Of a stretch of DNA of 42,688 nt, positions 1 through 8,589 are shown piece after piece; positions within the stretch are counted from its first letter, which is position 1; each line of letters begins with the position of its first letter. The notes under the pieces are model-generated. The model ran no database searches, was not told where the DNA came from, and saw nothing but the letters and a program-made list of their open reading frames with translations. The position numbers were made by a program, and so were the translations under genes. Origin of the DNA: a virus (Duplodnaviria; Caudoviricetes). The DNA lies in IMG/VR virus record IMGVR_UViG_3300033489_000234, positions 1-42,688 of that record; one strand, given 5' to 3'.

Positions 1-143
1 GATTAACATTGATAATGAATGGTTAGAGTTGGAATAATATCATGGACAGCAGCATACGGCAATGCAGCAGCATTAGCAGTTGGTATGCGGCATTTTGCTG
101 ATGTAGCGACATGGTATAAATATGCTGATGAAAAAGGATTCGA
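1..143. repeat. Terminal overlap copy 1 (circularisation signal)
   Basis: 1..143 matches 42546..42688 except G17 vs A42562. Confidence 0.97.
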
Positions 144-840
144 GGATAATGCCAAGATACGCGGGCCATTCCCTGATTGCGATTGTTATGTTATTATCGG
201 CGCTCTGTCAATCGGATTACTACTGGAGAAATATCATAAAAGACGGATTGCCGTGATATTGACAGATAGTACATATATGATGAATGCCGAAAAATACAAT
301 AAGATAATCGCTCGCAAAGGATGGCAGGTATTTGCCATGCCGGATCTGGCATATCTGAATGGAACAAAGAATATCTATTATCAACCATTTGTTATGCCGA
401 AAGTCGATAAGCGAAAAACAAATCTTGTATGTCATAGCCCTTATTGTGATAAGAAAGAAATTCAGAAAGGCACGACATATATTTCGGCTGTCTGTACGAA
501 AAATAATTTACCATTGACGATCATCAAAGGCAAGACATGGCAGGAGACTATACGTGAGAAGGCTACGCATCTTATCTGCATCGATCAACTCTTTCGCGGG
601 ATTGGCAAATCCGGATTAGAAGCTATGTTATTGGATTGTGTAGTGCTTACAGGTCGCAAACCTGCGGGGAATCATTTACCCCCGGTTGTCTGGACTGATA
701 AGAATAATCTTAGCAAGGATTTACTCGACGTGATATTTAATGGCGATCTGCGTGAAGATATAATTACAAGACAAAGGCTGTGGGCGGAGAAAAACCTGAA
801 TCCGGAATATGCTGCGGGTAAAATATTTGAGAAGTTATGA
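19..840 (+). CDS. GT-B fold (GT4-like) glycosyltransferase
   Basis: C-terminal CIDQLFRGIGKSGLEAMLLDCVVLT resembles the GT4 nucleotide-sugar binding signature; lies in a GT cluster. Confidence 0.7.
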   Translation: MVRVGIISWTAAYGNAAALAVGMRHFADVATWYKYADEKGFEDNAKIRGPFPDCDCYVIIGALSIGLLLEKYHKRRIAVILTDSTYMMNAEKYNKIIARKGWQVFAMPDLAYLNGTKNIYYQPFVMPKVDKRKTNLVCHSPYCDKKEIQKGTTYISAVCTKNNLPLTIIKGKTWQETIREKATHLICIDQLFRGIGKSGLEAMLLDCVVLTGRKPAGNHLPPVVWTDKNNLSKDLLDVIFNGDLREDIITRQRLWAEKNLNPEYAAGKIFEKL

Positions 841-1943
841 AAACAGACGATTCGTGGAATAGATATTACGGTCAGGAAAATTCTCCGGGATATAAGCGAT
901 ATGGTTTTGCTGTATCACATCTATTCGGTGAGGTCCTTGACGTAGGTTGTGGTGACGGTTTTGGAATGTATTTAATGGACAAGAATAAATCCATAACAAA
1001 TATATTCGGAATTGACATTCAGAATGAAGCGATTAAAATGCTAAAAAAGAATATTCCCGGAGCAAAAGTAATGAAAGCATCTGCAGAAGAACTTCCTTTT
1101 ACTAATAATTCATTTGATTGTGTCCATTGCGGTCAGACACTTGAGCATGTCAAAAATGATGAACAAGTAATAAGTGAAATAGAGCGTGTTGTGAAATGTC
1201 GGGCAGTTTTCTCTGTGCCGATAAATGGAGGGATATCCGAACAGCATGTAAGAGAATATAAAAATGAAAAACAGATTGAAGATAAGATAAAAAAATATTT
1301 TAATATTATTTCAAAGAAGATTTTTATTGATGGCGAGAACCATAAAAGACTTGTTTTGATAGCAGAGAAATTTAGTAAAAGGAAAATATTCATTGACATA
1401 GGAGGATGGAATGGAGTGAGTGCGGAGTTCTTCAGAAACACTCATCCGCAAGGTAAGGAATTTGAGATATACATCTTCGAATGTGACCATAGGAATATTG
1501 ATGTTATCAAAAAAAAGAATCTTCCGGTCACGCTTATCGAGAAGGCTGCATGGATAACAAACGGAATGGTGAAATTTTATTATGCCAATGCTGGTACTAA
1601 AGCAGGAGGGACACTTTACCCGACAAAAAAGACCGGGCATGTGAATAGGAATAATTTCTATATAGTGCCATGTATTGATATTGTGGAATTTATAAGACAG
1701 TTCGCGGGATGCTATATCATTATGAAGCTCAACTGTGAAGGTGCGGAATATGATATTATCCCTCATCTTAAAAATGCTGGTATGCTTTCGATGATTAATA
1801 AGTTCTATGTTCAATGGCATTGGGATAAGATCGGATTAAGCAAGGAAAGACATAATGAGGTTGCAGGTATGATCAATTCACATCCCTGGGATTGTCAGTT
1901 TAATGCTAAAAAATTTAAAGAGAAATTTATGGCGACGATATGA
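837..1943 (+). CDS. Double SAM-dependent methyltransferase (class I Methyltransf_11-like plus FkbM-like)
   Basis: VLDVGCGDG and LPF..NSFD.V...TLEHV in the N-half; FIDIGGWNG and MKLNCEGAEYDII in the C-half. Confidence 0.85.
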   Translation: MKTDDSWNRYYGQENSPGYKRYGFAVSHLFGEVLDVGCGDGFGMYLMDKNKSITNIFGIDIQNEAIKMLKKNIPGAKVMKASAEELPFTNNSFDCVHCGQTLEHVKNDEQVISEIERVVKCRAVFSVPINGGISEQHVREYKNEKQIEDKIKKYFNIISKKIFIDGENHKRLVLIAEKFSKRKIFIDIGGWNGVSAEFFRNTHPQGKEFEIYIFECDHRNIDVIKKKNLPVTLIEKAAWITNGMVKFYYANAGTKAGGTLYPTKKTGHVNRNNFYIVPCIDIVEFIRQFAGCYIIMKLNCEGAEYDIIPHLKNAGMLSMINKFYVQWHWDKIGLSKERHNEVAGMINSHPWDCQFNAKKFKEKFMATI

Positions 1944-4177
1944 AGCATTTACTTATAACACGGCTCTGGTTTGACTCGACGAAGTTAATGGACAAGTATA
2001 TTGATATTGCCCTCAAAACTTTCATTCCCTCATTGAAAGCACAGACATTCAAGGATTTTGAGTTTGGGATATTGATTAAAAAAGAACACGTCGATCATGT
2101 ACGTCAACGGCTCGGTGTGGATTTTACGCCATTTACCGGTGGTATAGAATCATTTCGTGAGGAAGTTGTCAAGGGTGGATATACACTTCAGACCCGTCAC
2201 GATATTGATGACTGGATGGCTCCGACATATATGGCTGAGATACAGAAGATCTATCAGGCAAATAAAGACAAGTATTCGAGTTTTATAATATTTGCCCAGC
2301 CCGTTAAAGTAGATTGGCCGTCGGGCAAGAAATCTGAAGTAGCGCCATATCATGCGAAGCGTATATCGATGTTCGCAACATTATATCAGCGTGAGCCGAA
2401 ATATCCGGTTTATAAAGGTTCTCATGGTGCGCTTTGGAAATATGCCGAAACAGTATTCCAGCTCCCGCGCGGGCTGGCGCGTTGGGTACAACATCCGGAT
2501 TCTGTTACCAATGCCAGAATGAAAACAAAGAATATAAAACGGGTTGGTAATATGATGCTCTATGATGAAGATCATAACTGGATTTCGGAACGCGCTATCG
2601 ATCCTGTTGTTAACATACTAACCCGAACATTTAAACGACCGAATAGTTTTGCTAAATGCCGTGAGTCAATTTTAAGTCAGACATATACAAAAAGCGAGGG
2701 TAAATTTGGTGATCGTTCTGCGAAGATAAATCATATTGTCGGATCGGAAGTCGAATGCCCGTATTATCCGCAAGCTGTCAGACTAACGAAGAAAGAAGGA
2801 AAGTTCCTGCCCTGGAATCTTCATCTTAACGATCTTGGAAAGTTGGTTAAGACCGGGTGGGTAATGTATCTCGATGATGATGATATGCTTATGAGTCCGA
2901 CAGCCATACAAGAGATTGTAAACGAGATAGATAATGACGATCAGTTACTTATATGGAAAGTTCGTATTGGTACGTGGACAGCGCCGAATGATAAGCATTT
3001 CGGACGGGTGATAAAAAAAGGGCAGGTCAGCGGAATCGGAATACTATTTCATTCGAAATATCTTCCTGTTCCGTGGCAGGCCATACCGGCAGGAGACTTT
3101 CATGTAATAGAATATCTTGCAAAACGACTAAAGGTTAAATGGGTTAATAAGATACTTACAGGTACTCAGGGTGAACCGAATCATCACGGGCGCGTGCCTG
3201 CAGTCGAGATAAAGAAAAATCCTCAGCCCAAAACCATTCCTGTAAAAACCGTACCAGAGACAAAGAAAGGACTTATTACAGTCGGTACTCCGACATGGAA
3301 CAATGGCGATATATTCTGGTTATCAATCGAATCATTATGCCGGCAGCAGACGGATAGACGATGGGAATATATAATTCACGAATGCCCGTCACCTAATCCC
3401 GTTGGTGAGGCTTTTATTGCGAAATACAAAGACCGACTGAAAGCTGCCGGATGTGTGAGGATCCATTACATAAATAATGGTCGCAGAGTTGATCTGTCGA
3501 CAAAATGGAAACAGATAGCCGCAGCAGCACAAGGTGAGATACTTATCCTTCATGATTCGGATGACTATACACACCCGCTCAGGATACAGCGCACGGCGGA
3601 GCTTATCGGTGATAAACCCTGGTACGATACGCGCTATGCATGGCATTATTCTATACCGATGAACAAACTGATGTTATACGATTATCAGATAACGAAGAAA
3701 CGCTGGAAAACGGGATTTAATATTGCCATACGTACTGATATACTGCGGAGGATTCCTAATCCGCATAAGAACGCCGGTATGCATCGATGGATGAGCGAAT
3801 ATGTCAGTGACAAATATATCGATTCGACAGTTTATCCGTGTGTTGCCACAACTGGTGCAAATACCGTAAGCCTAAACCGTGAGAGGTTCTTCCGTAATCC
3901 GCGCCCACCATTCGTAAAGACGAATAAGACAATACATACTATCGGACTGCCGGATGACATTGTCCGCCGGCTGGTGAATAATAATACAGTGACAGCCCTG
4001 GAGATTTTGCGTGCAGGAGAAAAGGTCGAGGTATTATTTATAAAGAATTACTGTCGGCTTTATAAGAAAGGCGATATAAAACGCATACCGCGTATGGCTT
4101 ATGAACGACTATTGAAAAAACATCACGTCCAGCTTATTAATGAACCGAAACAAGAACCTGTAAATGTTGAGATATGA
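1940..4177 (+). CDS. Multidomain glycosyltransferase (three GT-A-like domains plus a small C-terminal domain)
   Basis: Three DxD-type motifs: TRHDIDD, MYLDDDD, LHDSDD; GT2-like starts VNILTRTFKR and ITVGTPTWN; Pro/Lys linker. Confidence 0.82.
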   Translation: MKHLLITRLWFDSTKLMDKYIDIALKTFIPSLKAQTFKDFEFGILIKKEHVDHVRQRLGVDFTPFTGGIESFREEVVKGGYTLQTRHDIDDWMAPTYMAEIQKIYQANKDKYSSFIIFAQPVKVDWPSGKKSEVAPYHAKRISMFATLYQREPKYPVYKGSHGALWKYAETVFQLPRGLARWVQHPDSVTNARMKTKNIKRVGNMMLYDEDHNWISERAIDPVVNILTRTFKRPNSFAKCRESILSQTYTKSEGKFGDRSAKINHIVGSEVECPYYPQAVRLTKKEGKFLPWNLHLNDLGKLVKTGWVMYLDDDDMLMSPTAIQEIVNEIDNDDQLLIWKVRIGTWTAPNDKHFGRVIKKGQVSGIGILFHSKYLPVPWQAIPAGDFHVIEYLAKRLKVKWVNKILTGTQGEPNHHGRVPAVEIKKNPQPKTIPVKTVPETKKGLITVGTPTWNNGDIFWLSIESLCRQQTDRRWEYIIHECPSPNPVGEAFIAKYKDRLKAAGCVRIHYINNGRRVDLSTKWKQIAAAAQGEILILHDSDDYTHPLRIQRTAELIGDKPWYDTRYAWHYSIPMNKLMLYDYQITKKRWKTGFNIAIRTDILRRIPNPHKNAGMHRWMSEYVSDKYIDSTVYPCVATTGANTVSLNRERFFRNPRPPFVKTNKTIHTIGLPDDIVRRLVNNNTVTALEILRAGEKVEVLFIKNYCRLYKKGDIKRIPRMAYERLLKKHHVQLINEPKQEPVNVEI

Positions 4178-4602
4178 AAATAGAGATAACGACAGATATT
4201 GCACTTGAACCCGTAACCCTTGAGGAAGTTCGTGAAGCATTGAAAGTAACAGGTACGGGGCATGACAGCGAGCTTGAGAGACTTATCTCCGATGCACGGG
4301 ATTATATCGAGCAGGCAACAGATACGAGTTGTCTTGAACGCGAGATAAAAGTCACGTCTGATATTGAACTTGAGGAATGGGAACTGCCACTTGGTCCAGT
4401 TAGTAATCTCGTCGAAAGTACTGATACAGATGATAATTACGTCTATGAATATACAGGTGGATTGACGGATTGCTCACCGAGAATGAAAAGGCTTATTACG
4501 GACTATATAAAATACAAATATGATATTGATGACGAAGCGCGGGAATTACCTGCGAGTATAAAGAAACAAATACAGTTACTGACAAGGCAACCAGGATTAT
4601 AA
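4174..4602 (+). CDS. Head-tail connector (HK97 gp6 / SPP1 gp15-like)
   Basis: EPVTLEEVREALKV...DSELERLISDARDYIE pattern; first gene of the neck module. Confidence 0.8.
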   Translation: MKIEITTDIALEPVTLEEVREALKVTGTGHDSELERLISDARDYIEQATDTSCLEREIKVTSDIELEEWELPLGPVSNLVESTDTDDNYVYEYTGGLTDCSPRMKRLITDYIKYKYDIDDEARELPASIKKQIQLLTRQPGL

Positions 4603-4609
4603 GTTTAAT

Positions 4610-4951
4610 ATGAAACTTCAGGATAGATTGATATTATATACACGAACAGTTGCTTCCGATGGTGCAGCGGGAAAGACACCCGGTGTATTGGTCGAAGTAA
4701 CGCGCTGGTGGGGTAATGTCAAACCACTCGGAGGACTAATCGGTATGCAGTTTCAGGCTATTAATGGCACACAGGGATTCGAGATAGTGACAAGGACGGA
4801 TTTCGATTTTGCGCCAAACAGGGAATATATCATAGGTTTTGAGAGTATTTACGGCGAACAGATTATGCTTATTCATTCTGTTCAGGTTGATAAACATTAT
4901 ACTAAATTGATTTGCAAAAGTGAAAATAAGTTGCCAGTTCAAACCACCTGA
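4610..4951 (+). CDS. Head closure / head-tail adaptor (SPP1 gp16-like)
   Basis: 113 aa, L.DRL.L...T..SDG..G and W..VKP pattern; synteny. Confidence 0.7.
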   Translation: MKLQDRLILYTRTVASDGAAGKTPGVLVEVTRWWGNVKPLGGLIGMQFQAINGTQGFEIVTRTDFDFAPNREYIIGFESIYGEQIMLIHSVQVDKHYTKLICKSENKLPVQTT

Positions 4952-5342
4952 TATTGCGAAGCGATATAGACGCATGAAGGTTGAATTTGACCGTGAGATC
5001 AAAAAGGCCGTTGCTGTATATACGCGTCAGACAAGCTTGGGTGCGAAAAGTTATGCCGTTGTCAATCATAGTGGTATGAAAAACAGCATACGTCCGGGGT
5101 TTACGGAACATGGAATGACTGGCGAAGTAATTGTCGGCGTCGGTTATGGTCCTTATGTAGAATTTGGAACAGGATCGAAAGTTAATGTACCTTCAGAACT
5201 TCAGGATTATGCCATGCAGTTTAAAGGTGCGGGAATACGAGAAGTTAATCTTTCAGCAAGACCATATTTATATCCGGCGTTTTTTATCAACCGCGAGAAA
5301 TTTATAACGGCCTGTGATAATATATTAAAACGAGTATTATGA
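4920..5342 (+). CDS. HK97 gp10-like tail/neck component
   Basis: YGPYVEFGT and ARPYLYPAF motifs. Confidence 0.8.
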   Translation: MKISCQFKPPDIAKRYRRMKVEFDREIKKAVAVYTRQTSLGAKSYAVVNHSGMKNSIRPGFTEHGMTGEVIVGVGYGPYVEFGTGSKVNVPSELQDYAMQFKGAGIREVNLSARPYLYPAFFINREKFITACDNILKRVL

Positions 5343-5881
5343 AAGACTGCTTTTATCAATATAGAAAAGGTCTTTACGACAAGCTGAGGATAATCAAATT
5401 TCTGGGCGTGTCAGTGCCTGTCATGGAGTTTGCTCCGGATGAACAGGAGACGCCGTTTATACAGATACAGAATATGAGTTCGGATTACCAGCGCGATGAT
5501 GATAATTTCTCGCAGACCGTTACGACGGAGATAATGGTTGTTACATCACACGCCGGACCACCGGATGACTTCGGATCTAAGCTTGCCGATGATATGATGA
5601 CGATAATTATGCAACGACTTATATCGAAAGGAGTTACTACGGCTGATCGTACTAAAGCAGTATCGATGACGGACTTCATAGATAACGGCGCACATTTCGG
5701 AGGGTTACATTACGATAATAGTTTTGATGGCGCCGTGACATGGATTCGTAAGATATTGACTATATGGACAGATATTGATGAAAAGACCGCCGGCGAACTT
5801 GAAAAACCGCTTACAGCGGATAATACAATAATAACAGTCGACAATGCTGATATCACGGTCGACATGACAGTATATATTTAG
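5339..5881 (+). CDS. Tail completion/terminator protein with C-terminal repeat extension
   Basis: Lies immediately before the tail tube gene; P.....PFIQI pattern; ends TADNTIITVDNADITVDMTVYI. Confidence 0.65.
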   Translation: MKDCFYQYRKGLYDKLRIIKFLGVSVPVMEFAPDEQETPFIQIQNMSSDYQRDDDNFSQTVTTEIMVVTSHAGPPDDFGSKLADDMMTIIMQRLISKGVTTADRTKAVSMTDFIDNGAHFGGLHYDNSFDGAVTWIRKILTIWTDIDEKTAGELEKPLTADNTIITVDNADITVDMTVYI

Positions 5882-5905
5882 GTTTAATTAAAAATTGATA
5901 GAAAA

Positions 5906-6298
5906 ATGGCAAAAATTAAAGGTTACAATGTACGCTTGTATCTCGGAGGCAATCTCCTGGCTCATACTACCGAGGTGTCGATCAATCTTACGACCGATAC
6001 TGAGGAGTTAACTGATGCCGATAGCGGGGATTTCAAGGAGTTTGGTCCAACGCTTAACAGCGGTAGTGTCGATACGTCGACATGGTATAACAATGCCGTT
6101 GCTGGCGGTGGGGCTGATTTCCAGGATGTCCTCGATGCGCATCTCAACCAGACGCAACTAACGCTTGTCGCAGAGATTGAAGCTGGCGTGGAGATTTCCG
6201 GTCTTGGCTATCTAACATCACTGACGCCTTCCGGCGGTACGGGTGCAGGATATGTCAAGTTTGATGCAGGATTTATCTTCACGGGTGAATATTCGTAA
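5906..6298 (+). CDS. Major tail (tube) protein
   Basis: 130 aa acidic beta-rich protein (KIKGYNVRLY...E.TD.DSG.FKE...G.GYLTSL); synteny. Confidence 0.8.
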   Translation: MAKIKGYNVRLYLGGNLLAHTTEVSINLTTDTEELTDADSGDFKEFGPTLNSGSVDTSTWYNNAVAGGGADFQDVLDAHLNQTQLTLVAEIEAGVEISGLGYLTSLTPSGGTGAGYVKFDAGFIFTGEYS

Positions 6299-6660
6299 TG
6301 GTCGTCGAGATTAAACGGCGTTTCCGGCTTCATCCGGTGGGCTTTCGCTTTGATGCTATGGCAGCATGGCTTATGTGCCAGCAGTATGGCATCGATATCG
6401 ATGGGATGGACAAGATACCCAAAGACGAATATAGTGATTCGTGGGTATGGTCTGCTCATGTATCATTTTGTATTTTAAAGAAACCTCATCCCTGGCGATA
6501 TATGACTTATAAAAAAATGAAATGTTTCATCGCGCGTATGCGCAAGAGCGAATGGGATATGCTGTTGGCAGCAATGGCGGCTGTACGAGCGACGGATGAT
6601 GATAAAAAAAAAGCACAACCTGGCGGGAACTCTTTATCTCAGGATGGCAAGCCGGACTAA
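6298..6660 (+). CDS. Tail assembly chaperone (gpG-like)
   Basis: Between tube and tape measure; A9 run (KKK) near its 3' end. Confidence 0.8.
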   Translation: MVVEIKRRFRLHPVGFRFDAMAAWLMCQQYGIDIDGMDKIPKDEYSDSWVWSAHVSFCILKKPHPWRYMTYKKMKCFIARMRKSEWDMLLAAMAAVRATDDDKKKAQPGGNSLSQDGKPD

Positions 6661-6965
6661 AGGAGGATGAACTGCTACGGCTGTCATTTGTCCAGATAAA
6701 CCGTGTATTCGAGGCTTACAAGTTAACGGATGATGAATGGTGGAAGAAATTTCGGCACGTAGCTTACGAGACTTGGCGCAAGGGAGCAAAGAACGCCCAG
6801 GGTATAGAAGTGTACATGCCCATCGGGACGGACGGCGAGAAGGAACTGACGAAAGATGAACTTAACGATATATGGACAAAATACGGCAAGTTGGATAAGA
6901 AGAAAAAACGGATAAGATTATTCCGAAAGAATAAAAAACGAAAGAATGTCAGAGCAAAAACATAA
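6604..6965 (+). CDS. -1 frameshift extension of the tail chaperone (gpT-like part of gpGT)
   Basis: A9 at 6604-6612; the -1 frame is open from 6612 to TAA 6963-6965 (STTWRELFISGWQAGLKEDELLRLSFVQINRVFEAY...) and fills the gap to the tape measure. Confidence 0.85.
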
Positions 6966-8589
6966 AGCGGTATTTACGGCAGATAATCGTGACTTGTTAA
7001 AGAAGGTCGATCAGACAGGCAATAAGATGCAGTCGCTATCGAATAAGGTCAAAGGTCTTGCTTCGGGTTTTATTGCTGCTTTTTCTATTAAGGCAGTAGC
7101 GAGTTTCCTGACGTCGAGTATGAAGGCTTATGACGAAGAAGCAAAAGCCTCTGCATCACTTCTTGTCGCTCTGAAAGGTCGTAAAGATATACAACAGGAT
7201 ATCATCAGCCAGGCAAAAGAACTTCAAAGTGAAACACTTTTTGCTGACGAACAGACTATCCAGGCTGGCGCAAGGTTGGCTATGATACTCGGAACTAATG
7301 CAGATGCATTAAAAAAATTACTTCCACTTGTTCAGGATTTTGCTACTGGAAAAGGTATGGATCTTTCTTCTGCTGCTGATCTTATAGCTAAGTCTATTGG
7401 TTCTTCAACAAATTCACTTACTCGTTATGGCATACAGATAGAAGGCGCCGCTGGTAGTTCGGCACGTCTTGAAATGGCTATGATTGGATTGAATAAACAA
7501 GTCGGTGGTCAGGCACGTAAAGCAGCAGAGACAGGATTGGGGCCACTGCGTCAACTTGTTAATGCCTTTGATGATTTGAAAGAAGTAATAGGACAAGCAA
7601 TCGTTGAAGGTGAAGGATTTCAGAGAATGATAAAGAATATAAAAACTGCTACTGAGGGTACGGCGGAATTTTTTTCCGAAGATCTCGTTACAGCTACCGG
7701 CAAACCGATAACAGGATTTAAAAAACTGCTTACATGGTTTGGTCTGACACAGGGCAGTTTTAAGGCTACGGAGAAAGTTATTCAATCATATATATATAAA
7801 CAGGAAAATCTTACCGAGGCAGTTGCAGGAAGTACGGAAGTCGTAAAGCCAGCCGTTAAAACGATAGCCGATTATAAACAGGAAATAAAAGACCTCGAAG
7901 GCGAGCTCGATACATTGACTGTCGGAGAATGGGCTCATGCCGGCGTTATAAGGAATAAGATTGCTGACTTACGGGAATATATCAGCGGGATTACCGAAGT
8001 ACGTGACATATATCGTGCTACGACAGAAAATCTTAAAATGCCGCAATTCTCAAAGAAGATATTCGGTGAAGATGTAAAGAAAGATCTTATCGACATGAAA
8101 TATAATGTCGGTACAGTTACCGAATCACTTACATACGCACAGATAGCAGCTCAGTCATTCTCGGATCAGATGATACAGGCAGGTATAGACAGTAAGGGAT
8201 CGATGCTTGATTTTGCCCGTACTGCCGTTGCTGTCGCCAAGAAAGTTATTGCCACATATATTGCCGAGGGTGTAGCAGCGGCGGTTAAATCAGCACTCGT
8301 TAAAGTACCATTCCCGTTTAATGTCATTGCCGCTGGTATAGCTGGTGGACTGGCAGCAGCAGCATTTAACAGGCTTATACCGAATTTTGCTGAAGGTGGT
8401 GCTGCTTATGGTCCTACGCTGGCAATGGTAGGTGAGGCGCCAGGTATATCGCGTGCTAATCCGGAATATATAGGAACGGCACGACAGTTATCGCAGTCAT
8501 TAGGTGGACGGTTAACATGCCGTGTAAGCCGTAACGATCTGTTATTTGTACTCAACGAAGGCCAAGCGGCAAGCGGGAGGAATTATTAA
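6946..8589 (+). CDS. Tape measure protein (short, 547 aa)
   Basis: Ala/Gly-rich helical protein after the chaperones; C-terminal FAEGG..YGPTLAMVGE motif. Confidence 0.9.
   Translation: MSEQKHKAVFTADNRDLLKKVDQTGNKMQSLSNKVKGLASGFIAAFSIKAVASFLTSSMKAYDEEAKASASLLVALKGRKDIQQDIISQAKELQSETLFADEQTIQAGARLAMILGTNADALKKLLPLVQDFATGKGMDLSSAADLIAKSIGSSTNSLTRYGIQIEGAAGSSARLEMAMIGLNKQVGGQARKAAETGLGPLRQLVNAFDDLKEVIGQAIVEGEGFQRMIKNIKTATEGTAEFFSEDLVTATGKPITGFKKLLTWFGLTQGSFKATEKVIQSYIYKQENLTEAVAGSTEVVKPAVKTIADYKQEIKDLEGELDTLTVGEWAHAGVIRNKIADLREYISGITEVRDIYRATTENLKMPQFSKKIFGEDVKKDLIDMKYNVGTVTESLTYAQIAAQSFSDQMIQAGIDSKGSMLDFARTAVAVAKKVIATYIAEGVAAAVKSALVKVPFPFNVIAAGIAGGLAAAAFNRLIPNFAEGGAAYGPTLAMVGEAPGISRANPEYIGTARQLSQSLGGRLTCRVSRNDLLFVLNEGQAASGRNY

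Noticed and set aside
1-143. Biological direct terminal repeat
   Set aside because: It falls mid-operon, has an assembler-like length, and the PBSX/SPP1-type terminase suggests headful packaging with circular permutation
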